Positions 22,301-33,301 of a stretch of 64,000 nt of DNA are shown piece by piece. The DNA is from Pachysolen tannophilus NRRL Y-2460. Taxonomy: Eukaryota. Every line of letters begins with the position of its first letter. Position 1 is the stretch's first letter. The translations under genes and the position numbers were made by a program. A model generated the notes under the pieces. It made no database searches. It was given only the letters and a program-made list of their open reading frames with translations, and was not told where the DNA came from. The stretch lies in assembly GCA_001661245.1 (NCBI GenBank), contig KV454018.1, forward strand, positions 377,944-441,943. The letters run 5' to 3'.

Positions 22301-25300
22301 CGTCTTCTAAAGCTTGATTTGCAGTAATCTTATAAGCTGGTGATAACGATTTCATTAATTTAATATATGTTTCATTTATGACAGTTTGAGCAGTAGCAAT
22401 TGAGAAAGCATCTGGACCTGCTTGAACTTCACCTTTCACTACCACTGGCAACTGTGGGATTTTATGAGGATTTACTTTACCTGCTTCTATGAAAGTGGTG
22501 AATAATTGTATTACTTGTGATCTTAAATTTTTTAAAGTTGGAACTAATTCTCTGAAGAACGGTAAATTAGATTCAGGATCATTCAAAACTGTATTTAATA
22601 TTGGTAATATATCATCTTTAAATAAATGATAAGGTTTCTTGTTTAAACGTATTGTTTCTTGGCAATATTCTTGTACAATAATACCAGAAAGTAATCTTGG
22701 AGTTGAATAAGGTGATTTCAAATAATTTTTAATTAATTCAACAATATCATTTAAATTTTCTTGTGTTTTATAATAGGCTAAACTTTTACCAAATTCAGAT
22801 GCTGCAGCAACTCTTGTTCCAATAAATATATCAATTCCAACTAAGGTAACATCACCACTAAACATTGAGGAATCAATATTAATTCTATTTTCATCAGAAA
22901 TAGGTATTCCAAGATTATTTTTCATTTCATTTTCTTCAATAGCAGGTGATTGTTTTCTTTTCCTCCCACGTACCAGTGTTCCATTATTGGTATTAGAAGC
23001 TGATTCATCTATATCAATTTCCATTGGTGTTGCAGATCTACTTACTTTACCAGGACTATCATAATTATTAAAAGATTTTTGTGATGTCCTTATCGAATTT
23101 GAAAAAGTGCTACCACTAGGTCTAACTATTAAACTGGTATTCATAGAATAACTATGCCTTGAGATACCTATTGGAGTCATTAATAAACTGAGTACTGCTT
23201 GAGCATGTTTAGCAAACATTATATCCATTGGAGGTAAATTATCATTATTATTTACCTCTGTTAAAATTTTGTTATAAACTTCAACTGATAATTCCAATAC
23301 ATTTTTATTTTGTTCAAATAAAATATTTTGGAAAATTAATCTTAACATTTTCCCATCTATAAAATCTTTAACTGTTAAATCTTCAATTGATAAAAAAGCT
23401 AATAAAGTTCTTAAAGCAGCTTTTCTAACATTAGTTATAGAATGTCTTAAAAATGGGTATAATCTTGGAACTAAATCTTTAAAACTTAAACTACTGTCTA
23501 ACAATGCATCTTTTTTCATTTTTTCCAAAACTTCTACATGTGAACATAATTTTGCTAAAAGATCCATTACAGAACCAATTGAAGCAGATAAATCATCTCT
23601 TAAATTTGTTAATGAATCCCAAATAACTCCAACAATTTGGAAAACTAAATCCAATTTCAATTTAACAAATTCTGAAGCAATTGGAATTAAAGTTGAAGCA
23701 GCAACACTTTGAACATCATCATCATTTTCATGTAAACCATGTAAGACCATTTCAATAATTTTATCTAATAATTCTGGATATTTAAATAATAAATCAGTTT
23801 TTGTACTTACAAAATATTTTAAAGCAGACATTCCACCATGTTTTGCTTCCCAACATGGAAGTTTTGATCCAAATTCCCAAGGTTTTTGTAAAACCAATTG
23901 AGTTAAAGCATTGAAAACTTTTAAAACAATATCTTCTGGTAAATGTATTAATAATGCAGCTAAAGCTTGTGCAGCATTTTCTCTTACAGGTGCAATAACG
24001 GTATCTGAAATATAATCACCAAATCTATCAATTGCAAGTAATGTTAAAATTCTAACACATAAATCTTCCAAAGTTTTTTTATTTCTAAAATCATTTTCTT
24101 GTCTTGATTTATTTCTAACTCTTCCTACTCCTTCTGCATGTTTTTTAACCAATTCTCTTAATCCCATAGTGGCACCATGTCTAACTTCCCATACATCATC
24201 ATATAAATCAATTAATAATAATTCATATAAACCTTGAAATGGCCAAACCCAATTTGAAACTTTTGAATCTTGAGAAAGATTAAGATGTTGCGATAATAAT
24301 TCTGAAGCTTTAGTTTCCACCACCAATTTATTACCATTTGATAATATATTTGCATTTTCATTTAAATTTGGATTTATTAAATCATCATTTGATTTCCCAT
24401 CTTTTACCAATTGCCTACTAATAGAACTTCTTGATAAATCAACAGTTCTAACTCTTGTTGAACTATTTTTAGCATCTGCTTTAGCCTTTCTCTTTGCCAT
24501 TGCTCTCATTCTTGCACTTTGCCTTGCTTCTGGTATTTTCTGTAATTGTTGTGCATCTGCTTCTGCTTTGAATTCTTGTTTGATCATGCTGCTACTACTG
24601 TTATCCAAATCTTCATCATAGTCCAGATCTTCCATTTTCATATCTACCGCTGATGCATCCGATTCCATCTTCACAACGTCTGTATCATCATTATTGGCGC
24701 CAGTTCCAAAAAGTTTACTTGCCAACAGCAATTTTTGTCTTTTCAAAGATTCTACTGGATCATATTCTCCATTGAAATTACCATTGCCATTGCCATTGCC
24801 ATTGCTATTGCTATTGCTATTGCTATTGCTATTGCTATTGCCATTATCACCATTGCCATTACCATTACCATTATTACAATTATTTCCATTTTCATTGTTT
24901 TCATTGTTTTCATTGTTACCGTTACTATTTCCTTTGAAATTATAAGCGCTATTTGAAAATTCGTTAAACTCCTCACCACCAGAAGCTAACAATTTCCTAC
25001 CGCTTTTCAAAATCTCTACCAAATTCCAATCATCAAGCGCTGCAAGACCTTCTTCTTGTTCTTTCAATAAATTCGACAAGTGCTCTTCTTCTTCTTCTTC
25101 TTCTTCTTCTTCTTCCTCGTCTTCTTCTTCATCATCAGTAGTAGTACTGTTACTTTTTTTCTTATTGTTGTTGTTGTTGTTGTAGTTATTAGTATCAGCG
25201 GGTACCACTTCATTTTCCGAGTTTGGGTCCCATAATGGAGCATTACCAATAACGCCACCAAATGCTTTTGCAGCTGCTATCCTCGTTTCCCATTTCTTAC

Positions 25301-25454
25301 TCTTTAAAAAAGGATACACTCGACTCAACAAATTCAAACACTCTTCCGGATGATTCTTACATAGATCAGACAATTGCTCAGCAGCAGTCGTCCTTATAAA
25401 CGGAGTAGACCCCGTATCTAATAGCACAACTAATCTATCCAACCGACTAGTCAT
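19338..25454 (-). CDS. MOT1: TBP-associated Snf2-family ATPase
   Basis: SRLDRLVVLLDTGS N-terminus, HEAT repeats, LCDDMGLGKT, DEGH, QAMDRAHRLGQ, QYEDEYNLDNF end. Confidence 0.97.
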   Translation of the reverse strand: MTSRLDRLVVLLDTGSTPFIRTTAAEQLSDLCKNHPEECLNLLSRVYPFLKSKKWETRIAAAKAFGGVIGNAPLWDPNSENEVVPADTNNYNNNNNNKKKSNSTTTDDEEEDEEEEEEEEEEEEHLSNLLKEQEEGLAALDDWNLVEILKSGRKLLASGGEEFNEFSNSAYNFKGNSNGNNENNENNENGNNCNNGNGNGNGDNGNSNSNSNSNSNSNGNGNGNGNFNGEYDPVESLKRQKLLLASKLFGTGANNDDTDVVKMESDASAVDMKMEDLDYDEDLDNSSSSMIKQEFKAEADAQQLQKIPEARQSARMRAMAKRKAKADAKNSSTRVRTVDLSRSSISRQLVKDGKSNDDLINPNLNENANILSNGNKLVVETKASELLSQHLNLSQDSKVSNWVWPFQGLYELLLIDLYDDVWEVRHGATMGLRELVKKHAEGVGRVRNKSRQENDFRNKKTLEDLCVRILTLLAIDRFGDYISDTVIAPVRENAAQALAALLIHLPEDIVLKVFNALTQLVLQKPWEFGSKLPCWEAKHGGMSALKYFVSTKTDLLFKYPELLDKIIEMVLHGLHENDDDVQSVAASTLIPIASEFVKLKLDLVFQIVGVIWDSLTNLRDDLSASIGSVMDLLAKLCSHVEVLEKMKKDALLDSSLSFKDLVPRLYPFLRHSITNVRKAALRTLLAFLSIEDLTVKDFIDGKMLRLIFQNILFEQNKNVLELSVEVYNKILTEVNNNDNLPPMDIMFAKHAQAVLSLLMTPIGISRHSYSMNTSLIVRPSGSTFSNSIRTSQKSFNNYDSPGKVSRSATPMEIDIDESASNTNNGTLVRGRKRKQSPAIEENEMKNNLGIPISDENRINIDSSMFSGDVTLVGIDIFIGTRVAAASEFGKSLAYYKTQENLNDIVELIKNYLKSPYSTPRLLSGIIVQEYCQETIRLNKKPYHLFKDDILPILNTVLNDPESNLPFFRELVPTLKNLRSQVIQLFTTFIEAGKVNPHKIPQLPVVVKGEVQAGPDAFSIATAQTVINETYIKLMKSLSPAYKITANQALEDAKGRVQLAIDVSLLAKAERSTSILASYAAAVVLLNELPKKLNSIIRALMDSVKLENQELLQKRSAEAICNLALELNKVGKKVSSDKIIKNLCGFLCVDTSEVPEFQPNREFFDIILSLRKEEASTDPVDIAAFEKSSHEAKIKRRGAKFALERFLEIYQDKIFEEVPRLKEIMIDSLSLLDKSLDDVVFKVENNGNSTGQSVVDALGILKTLIPKLDPKLYDVILEKLPFFVSGLKSQFSVFRYSASKFLSAFCATVPSKIFPYLVKFVLPMLNNAGDKRERQGAIECIYHLSQAMGSDILPYVVFLIVPVLGRMSDSDPDIRVLAPTTFASIIKLVPLEAGIPDPPDMPQELLEGRDREREFIQQMMDPSKIKPFDLPVSINATLRRYQQEGVNWLAFLNRYHLHGILCDDMGLGKTLQTICIVASDHHLRDEEYNKTHSVESRKLPSLIICPPSLTGHWEQEINQYAPKLSVLVYAGGPSVRLQLRSGFNESDIIVTSYDVARNDVDFISKYDYNYCVLDEGHIIKNSSTKLSKAVKRIRANHRLILSGTPIQNNVLELWSLFDFLMPGFLGSEKVFQDKFAKPIAASRNSKTSSKEQEAGALALESLHRQTLPFMLRRLKEEVLSDLPPKIIQDYYCELSDLQKQLYRYFAKKQKTEVEKDITTEGATEGKQHIFQALQYMRKLCNHPALVVTPNHPQYNQVMQYLKESNMDIRDIRHAPKLQSLQTLLLECGIGNNSVSSVNDSKQRQQQQQLIASAESVISQHRVLIFCQLKDMLDMVENDLFKKYMPSVTYMRLDGSTDPRDRQKIVRKFNEDPSIDVLLLTTKVGGLGLNLTGADTVIFVEHDWNPMNDLQAMDRAHRLGQKKVVNVYRLITKNTLEEKIMGLQKFKMNIASTIVNQQNTGLSSMDTNQLLDLFEVTDSNQGSSGKDEKGDDNGDEKSEALDEAGLGGTAGAAVGELGELWDTAQYEDEYNLDNFIKTLH

Positions 25455-25870
25455 ACTTTTAATCTTAATTTTTTCTTTTATATGTATGTATACTCTTTCT
25501 TAAATTTCAATTTCAATTTTAAAAGAGAAAAGAAAAAAAAAGAACAAAAAAAAAAACTCAATTCTTTTTTCAATTCTTCAAATTATACATATATTACTAT
25601 AATTTTTTTTTTATATATATCTTTATATCTATTATATCTATCGTTATCTATCGTATCTAATTGATTGTTCCTGCTCTGCGCAATAAATTTCTTTAAAAAT
25701 CAGCGAGAAATTCCTCTGTTTATATACACTTCATCAACTCTGCAAAAAAAAACAAAAAAAAAACAAAAAAAATTTAAAAACAAAAAAAAAAATATTTTTG
25801 GCAGAAAAACTTTACGTTGCGCCCGTGTAAATAAGAACATAGTAAAGTTAAAGTAAGCTGGCGGTGATGT

Positions 25871-26851
25871 CTAACAAGAGGAAGAGGAAGAAGAAGAGGA
25901 AGAATGGTAAGTTAAACCTCTTACTAAATATAAGGTATCACAATCTTTTACTTCATTATGGACTCTTCCATTTGCTGGGATAAATTGTGGGTCAGTTATT
26001 GAATTTTTTATTTCTTGTTGTCTTGGTTCTCTGAAGATTGTTAATTTTCTTTCAGGATCATTTGTTTTGTTATTTTCATTTTTAATTTTTAAATAGAATG
26101 AAGCGTAATCTAATAATCTACCTATTGGCCATGCTCTTGAGACGAAAATAGGTAATTTTTCTAATTTTTCTGGTTCGCGTTGTTTGGTATCTGGGTAAGA
26201 CGTTGTTGAAGAAGGAACATACTGGACGTATATGTATATTCTTTCTGTAGTTGGAATCTTTTGATCACCTTTAGCGGTAGATTTTAAAGTAGACAGCTGA
26301 ACGATTTTTGATGATGGTGTGAGTTTCTTCATAAACATCTTTGAACTTGAAGTTGAATTTGTTGATGTAGATCGTTGTTGTTTTAAAAAACTTTTCAACT
26401 TTAGAAGAGCCAATTTACCTAAACTATCTTCATTATTTGATTTTGCTTCCATTTGTGATAAAATTGAAATTTTTTTCTTTTCATCATGAGTTTTAACTGT
26501 AAATTTTCCATTTCCATTTCCATTTCCATTTTCTGTCCTACGATCTGGGAATAACAGTGATACCGAATTCAATTTAATATTACCTTCTTTTTGTTTTAAT
26601 TTCTCTTTCCCATTCGTACCGCCTATACAATCATGATCTTTTAAACGTTCTAAATGCTCAGAACAGAAAAACTTATTGCAATCATTACACTTGAAAGGTA
26701 AAAAATCTAACTGATTGCATATAGTACAATGCTCACCAATTTCCATAAGTGTAGATCCTTTATCAAAATTCAGTTGTTGTTTCTCTTGATATTCTTTTTG
26801 TAAATCTTCAAAATTATGTTGTTGAACTGATGATGATGATATTGGTGACAT
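25871..26851 (-). CDS. CUZ1: AN1-type zinc finger Cdc48-associated protein (ZFAND1 family)
   Basis: IGEHCTICNQLDFLPFKCNDCNKFFCSEH..HDC zinc finger, AKGD..IP..ERIY, WPIGRLLD UBL domain. Confidence 0.88.
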   Translation of the reverse strand: MSPISSSSVQQHNFEDLQKEYQEKQQLNFDKGSTLMEIGEHCTICNQLDFLPFKCNDCNKFFCSEHLERLKDHDCIGGTNGKEKLKQKEGNIKLNSVSLLFPDRRTENGNGNGNGKFTVKTHDEKKKISILSQMEAKSNNEDSLGKLALLKLKSFLKQQRSTSTNSTSSSKMFMKKLTPSSKIVQLSTLKSTAKGDQKIPTTERIYIYVQYVPSSTTSYPDTKQREPEKLEKLPIFVSRAWPIGRLLDYASFYLKIKNENNKTNDPERKLTIFREPRQQEIKNSITDPQFIPANGRVHNEVKDCDTLYLVRGLTYHSSSSSSSSSC

Positions 26852-26902
26852 TTTTTCTAAATAATTATTTTTTTTAAAAATTCTTTTCCTAACTTTTAAG
26901 GA

Positions 26903-26957
26903 TCCTATCCTATCCTATCCTATTCTATCCTATCCTATTCTATTCTATTCCTATTCC
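26903..26957. repeat. Imperfect pentanucleotide microsatellite (ATCCT/ATTCT)n
   Basis: Visible tandem atcct/attct units upstream of CUZ1. Confidence 0.7.
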
Positions 26958-27008
26958 TAACTATGAATCTCTCTTCTTTATCTTCTTTATCTTCTTTTAT
27001 ATATTCAA

Positions 27009-27018
27009 TTTTGCCACT
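27009..27018 (-). promoter_or_regulatory. Rpn4 (PACE)-like element upstream of CUZ1
   Basis: TTTTGCCACT = AGTGGCAAAA, close to the (G/A)GTGGCAAA consensus; CUZ1 is an Rpn4 target in S. cerevisiae. Confidence 0.55.
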
Positions 27019-27100
27019 TATTTCATTATCATTTAAAAAAATGACCTTTTGTTACCAAATACGGTAAAGCACAAAAACAAAAGAAAAAAAAGAGTAAAAA

Positions 27101-27146
27101 TGAAAAATTCTTTTTAAACAAAGTAGAAAAATAAGAGAGAGATGAG
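27101..27146 (+). promoter_or_regulatory. RRPE-like and PAC elements upstream of RPP1
   Basis: TGAAAAATT at 27101 and GAGATGAG at 27139, in the usual order for ribosome-biogenesis promoters. Confidence 0.5.
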
Positions 27147-27223
27147 TTATTTTTATTTCTATTTCTATTTCTATTTCTATTTCTATTTAATTAGTCATCA
27201 TCTTTAAAAGCTGGGTGGGTATT

Positions 27224-28186
27224 ATGTTATGCGATTTGAATGTTCCTTGGCCAGTAAATGATTATGAAACAAAACCAACTTTGGATCAACTTAATACTTT
27301 GAAATTAATAATTTTAACATTAGATGAATTAAATTATACTCATATTGCAATTAATTTGACTATACCTCAAAATTTAAAATTACTGAATAATAAGATTAAT
27401 GTTAACCCTATAGATTTGAAGTTGTTGAATTTACCTAGGTGGAAGGGAAGTATAAATGATCAAGGTCATGATCATGATAGTACTGGTTCTGGTTCATTTA
27501 AAAATATACAAAAAATTTTTAAACGTTTAACAATATCTATTGAAGAACCTTCAAAATGTTCATTATTATCCAAATTAAATAATTTTAATTCTGTTTTTGA
27601 TGTAATATCAATTCAACCATTAAGTGAAAAGCTGTTATTATTGGCAGTAACCAATTTAGATATTGATTTGATTTCTTTTAAATTTGATGAAAAATTACCA
27701 TGTTTTTTAAAACATAAATTAATTTGTTCAGCAATTGAAAAAGGTATTAAATTTGAAATATCTTATAATTCATTATTATCCGATAATAATTATATTAAAA
27801 GACAATTTTTCACAAATACTTTATCACTTATAAGATCTTCAAGATCAAGAGGTCTTATAATATCATCAGGTGCAAAAAGTTTTTTAGAATTAAGATCTTT
27901 ATTTGATATAACAAATTTAATAATTTTATTAGGTATGAATCATAATGATTGTAAATTATCCATGACTGATATTCCTGGGAAAGTGATTTTAAATGGAAGA
28001 TTAAGGTATAAATCTTATAAGCAAATCGTTACAATAGATGAATTTAGTAATATTTTAAATAATGAAATTGAAGAAGAAAATAATAATAGAGAAGATAGTA
28101 ATTTATTTATCAAAGATAATGATAAAAAGAGGAAAAGTTATTTAAATAATGTCATGGAAAGAGAAAAGAAAAAATTGAAAAATTAA
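27224..28186 (+). CDS. RPP1: RNase P/MRP subunit p30
   Basis: MLCDLNVPWP, YTHIAIN, NLDIDLIS, GIKFEISY, RSRGLIISSGA; first ATG at 27224. Confidence 0.92.
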   Translation: MLCDLNVPWPVNDYETKPTLDQLNTLKLIILTLDELNYTHIAINLTIPQNLKLLNNKINVNPIDLKLLNLPRWKGSINDQGHDHDSTGSGSFKNIQKIFKRLTISIEEPSKCSLLSKLNNFNSVFDVISIQPLSEKLLLLAVTNLDIDLISFKFDEKLPCFLKHKLICSAIEKGIKFEISYNSLLSDNNYIKRQFFTNTLSLIRSSRSRGLIISSGAKSFLELRSLFDITNLIILLGMNHNDCKLSMTDIPGKVILNGRLRYKSYKQIVTIDEFSNILNNEIEEENNNREDSNLFIKDNDKKRKSYLNNVMEREKKKLKN

Positions 28187-28432
28187 TAAACAATAAAATT
28201 TGATAAGCTTTTATGGAAAATAAACTATAAATAATACAATTGTTAATATTATGACCTGACCTAAAAAGCAATAGAAATAAGAAAACTGTATAAATCAAAC
28301 AAACACCAAAATAAAAATAAAAAAAAAAATAAACATTCCCACCGTACCATTAAATATAACCTTTCAAGAAAAAAAAAAAAAAAAAAAAAAAAAAGAAAAA
28401 AGAAAAAACTCCAACCAACAACCATCTTTTGT

Positions 28433-29338
28433 CTATCTTGAGGCTAATTGCGTAAAAATAGATGATTTTCTCGGTGTAACATTTGTTCTTCTTCCACTGC
28501 TGCTACTATTATTATTTTGTACTTTACTATCCTTGTCATTCCCATTAGTATTCCCATTAGTATTCCCATCATTACTATGACATGTTTCTAATCGTTGCAT
28601 ATGTTGAATTTGTGATCTTCCAAAAGTAGAAGAAGATGAAGAAGTCCTTGGTAAATTTTTCCTATTTTTCAAATCAACTGAATCCAACCTCAGTATCTTT
28701 GTTTGTCTTTCCATATTAATAATTTCTGTTGATGATCTTTTCTTTATTATTTGAGAATTATTTTGACCAAATTTCATATCATGCTTAAATAACCTACTCT
28801 TCATAAGTGCATCCTGTCTTGCCTTTTCCATTATAGATGATTTAAATAATTTAGAATTTTTCCCATTATTATTATTATTATTATTATTACTAGCATTTAT
28901 ATTTTTCGTTTTTTCAGGAATAATATCATTAATAACTTCAATTTTTTTCAACTCTTTTAATTTTTTAAATTTCAGATTATTCAACCGAAGTTTCTCCTTT
29001 GCCTTATTTCTTTTCTCAAATTGTTCAAGTTCTAATTCCATATATATATCTTTAAACAATTTATCATGATCTCTTTCATTATCTTGTACATAATTTGGAA
29101 AGTTTTTCTTTAATAAATTTAACCATATATCATTTGTATATGAGGATAATCTATTATCATTTTTCTCTAAATTCAGTAATTGATCTTTAGAAAGCTTAAG
29201 TAATAATGGCTCAATTAAATGGAAATATGATGAAAAATTATAATTAATCGTTTTAAAATTCAACTGTAGATGATTATTAAGTAACTTTAAAGTTGATAAC
29301 TTGGCTAATGAAGGTACTTTTGTCTTGTTCTCCTCCAT
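28433..29338 (-). CDS. ELA1: Elongin A F-box protein
   Basis: VPSLAKLS BC-box, QLLNLEKN...IWLNLLKKNF elongin-A domain, SSIMEKAR; lies next to PDR16 and CSL4 as in S. cerevisiae. Confidence 0.8.
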   Translation of the reverse strand: MEENKTKVPSLAKLSTLKLLNNHLQLNFKTINYNFSSYFHLIEPLLLKLSKDQLLNLEKNDNRLSSYTNDIWLNLLKKNFPNYVQDNERDHDKLFKDIYMELELEQFEKRNKAKEKLRLNNLKFKKLKELKKIEVINDIIPEKTKNINASNNNNNNNNGKNSKLFKSSIMEKARQDALMKSRLFKHDMKFGQNNSQIIKKRSSTEIINMERQTKILRLDSVDLKNRKNLPRTSSSSSTFGRSQIQHMQRLETCHSNDGNTNGNTNGNDKDSKVQNNNSSSSGRRTNVTPRKSSIFTQLASR

Positions 29339-29701
29339 CCTTGGACCATACTATTTAATATAAGTTTCACTATATAATCTTTAAACCTTTAACCTTAACG
29401 AATTCCTTCTTTTAAAAATCACTCTTTCTATTACTACCACTACCAATACTACAACTACCAGCAACTATTTAACTTTTCTTGATTTACCTTGAATTCGTTT
29501 CGTTTCCTTTAGTTTCCTTTAGTTTAATTTAACTTAATTTCATTTGGTTTAACCAGCCATTAGAAAAGAAGCAAAAAAAAAAAAATTGAAAAAATACAAA
29601 AAATACAAAAAATAAAGAACAGGTAAAATTTTGTGGTTTTTCTGTTAATTTTGTAAATTTATAATAACAATATACAAATATTATAATTAATATATTATTG
29701 A

Positions 29702-31084
<1,383 letters not shown>

Positions 31085-31352
31085 CTTACAATTGAATCAT
31101 AAAAAAAAAAACATTTCTTTTTTTTTCATAATCAATAATAGTTGTTGTTTGTATCTTTTTCTTCTTTTTTTTTTTTTTGATTTTTGTCTTTTTGATATAT
31201 ATGTATTTAGATATATATATATATATTGTTCATTAGCTTGCTTTCTTCATTATTTTTTCAAAAAAAATACATATTCGTAAATAAAATAATAAACACCTAA
31301 AATTGTATTATCCTAATTAAAAAATCATCCATTTTTCAAACAATCAATATAT

Positions 31353-31586
31353 CTATTGTTGAGCAAATTTTTTTTTAGCATCTTTAAATATAAGATCCAA
31401 TTTTTCCTTTGAAGTTTGATCTACAATTTTAGCAATAATTTTTTCAGGATTTTCCATTAATACAATAACGTATTCATCATTTTGAAAATCAACACAAGTA
31501 GCTGGTGCCCAATCTGCTAAATCATATTCCTCTAGAGTAACTACCGGAGGCTTATTATCTGAAGTATATGGTGGGAAGTTCGACAT
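31353..31586 (-). CDS. Small uncharacterised protein (77 aa)
   Basis: ATG preceded by AAA, host-like AT-ending codons, globular-looking composition, clean intergenic position. Confidence 0.7.
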   Translation of the reverse strand: MSNFPPYTSDNKPPVVTLEEYDLADWAPATCVDFQNDEYVIVLMENPEKIIAKIVDQTSKEKLDLIFKDAKKKFAQQ

Positions 31587-31747
31587 TTAAAAGATAAAGA
31601 ATTAAAAAAAAATTTAATATAATTGAAATGAATTGAAAAAAAATTTAAAAGGTTGAAAAAAATCAAAAACTAAAAAATAAAAAAATTTTCAAATTATTAA
31701 ATATTGATATTATTATTATTATCAAGAGTTTAAAAAATTTGAATATT

Positions 31748-32704
31748 ATGACTGTGTTGGATATACCGAAGGTGGCTGTTCCTGGACAGCCACTTGTGCC
31801 GTCATTTTTAACTGATGAAGGTGATTCCATTAGTAAATTTATACCTGGGCAAGGAACAAAATTAGAGAGACTTTTGGTTCAAGATAAGAATTCAAAAGTA
31901 CCTGTTATAATAGCGACAATATTGGGTAAGGTGAAGATATACGAGAGGGTTTATAAAGAAGAAGCTGAAGCTGAGGAAGAAGAAGAAGAAGAAGAAAAGG
32001 AAGCTGAGGGGAAACAAGATCAAGAACAAGAGGAGTTAAAAGTTAGAACGTTTATTATTTCTGTGGTACCAAAATCAAGTAAAAATTATTATTACCAAGA
32101 TTCACAAGATTCACAAAATTTACAAAAATTAAAAGAATTGGAAATTGATACCAACATTGAAGAAGTTACTAGTAAGAATCAAGAAGATGTGATTATTAAC
32201 AAATCACTTTCGAATTTACCACAAGAAGGAGATATTGTATTGGTAAAAATATTAAAATTAACTTTAAAACAAGCATTTGTTGAAATAATTGCTATTGAAA
32301 ATAAAAAAGCATTAGATCATTCACTGAGAACTTTAATAAATAATGATTCTGCTCCACCATCTTTATATTCTTCAATTGCTTCTACTTCAACAACTATTTT
32401 ACAACAAGTTGATATTGGTGAAAATTTTAAAGGTATAATTAGGTCTCAAGATGTAAGATCTACTGATAGAGATCGTGTAAAAATTATTGAAAGTTTTAAA
32501 CCAGGTGATATTGTTCGTTGTATTGTTATTTCATTAGGTGATGGAACCAATTATTATTTATCAACTGCAAGAAATGATTTGGGAGTTATATTTGCCAAGA
32601 GCCATGGAGGTGCTGGAGAAATAATGTATGCTGTAGATTGGAAAACAATGATTTGTATAAATACTGGTGAAGTTGAGCAAAGAAAATGTGCAAAACCTTT
32701 CTAA
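31748..32704 (+). CDS. CSL4: Exosome cap subunit
   Basis: VAVPGQ, LPQEGDIVL, FKGIIRSQDVRSTDRD, SFKPGDIVR, YYLSTARNDLGV, EQRKCAKPF. Confidence 0.93.
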   Translation: MTVLDIPKVAVPGQPLVPSFLTDEGDSISKFIPGQGTKLERLLVQDKNSKVPVIIATILGKVKIYERVYKEEAEAEEEEEEEEKEAEGKQDQEQEELKVRTFIISVVPKSSKNYYYQDSQDSQNLQKLKELEIDTNIEEVTSKNQEDVIINKSLSNLPQEGDIVLVKILKLTLKQAFVEIIAIENKKALDHSLRTLINNDSAPPSLYSSIASTSTTILQQVDIGENFKGIIRSQDVRSTDRDRVKIIESFKPGDIVRCIVISLGDGTNYYLSTARNDLGVIFAKSHGGAGEIMYAVDWKTMICINTGEVEQRKCAKPF

Positions 32705-33301
32705 TTGGGATAAACTTAATACAGCCCCTGAATATATATATATATATATATAAAAACTTTTTTTAGGATTCTACAGCCCTCTATTTTTTAAAGCCCTCGA
32801 ATGAAAAGTTTCTGGGGCTGGTTTTGTCAATTTCGTATTGGAGCCCCTGTTTATATAAAATAGCCCCTGTTTTGTGTATTTTTTGTGTTTTTTATAAACT
32901 ACCTTGTTTTTCTTGATGACACGTATATCATTTTTATGCTGATTTTTTGGCAGATTGAAATTTCAATGGAAAAATCTTTTTTTTTTAACTAAATACACGA
33001 TCTCACCTTATAGAAGTAAATTAGTCTCTCTATCTATATAATATAAAATAGTTAAAATAAAGTAAACGAATAAATTAAATTAAAAATTTTAAAAATTAAA
33101 AAATTGATGATCTCTTGTTAAAAGTAAAGCTAACGATGCATCTAATTTACCAATTGTTAATGAAACTTCAACCATTTTGAAATCCAAAAATAAAAAAAAA
33201 AAAAAAAAAAGAAACTTGATTCTCTTAATACAATTCCAATCCAATATATATCCTTATATCGATGGATTATAAAACACAATTCAATTTTTAATTTTTATTT
33301 A

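Noticed and set aside
24694..24979. IAIAIA, LLLLL and MAMA ORFs that look like membrane peptides
   Set aside because: Alternative-frame readings of the (CCATTG/CTATTG)n microsatellite inside MOT1
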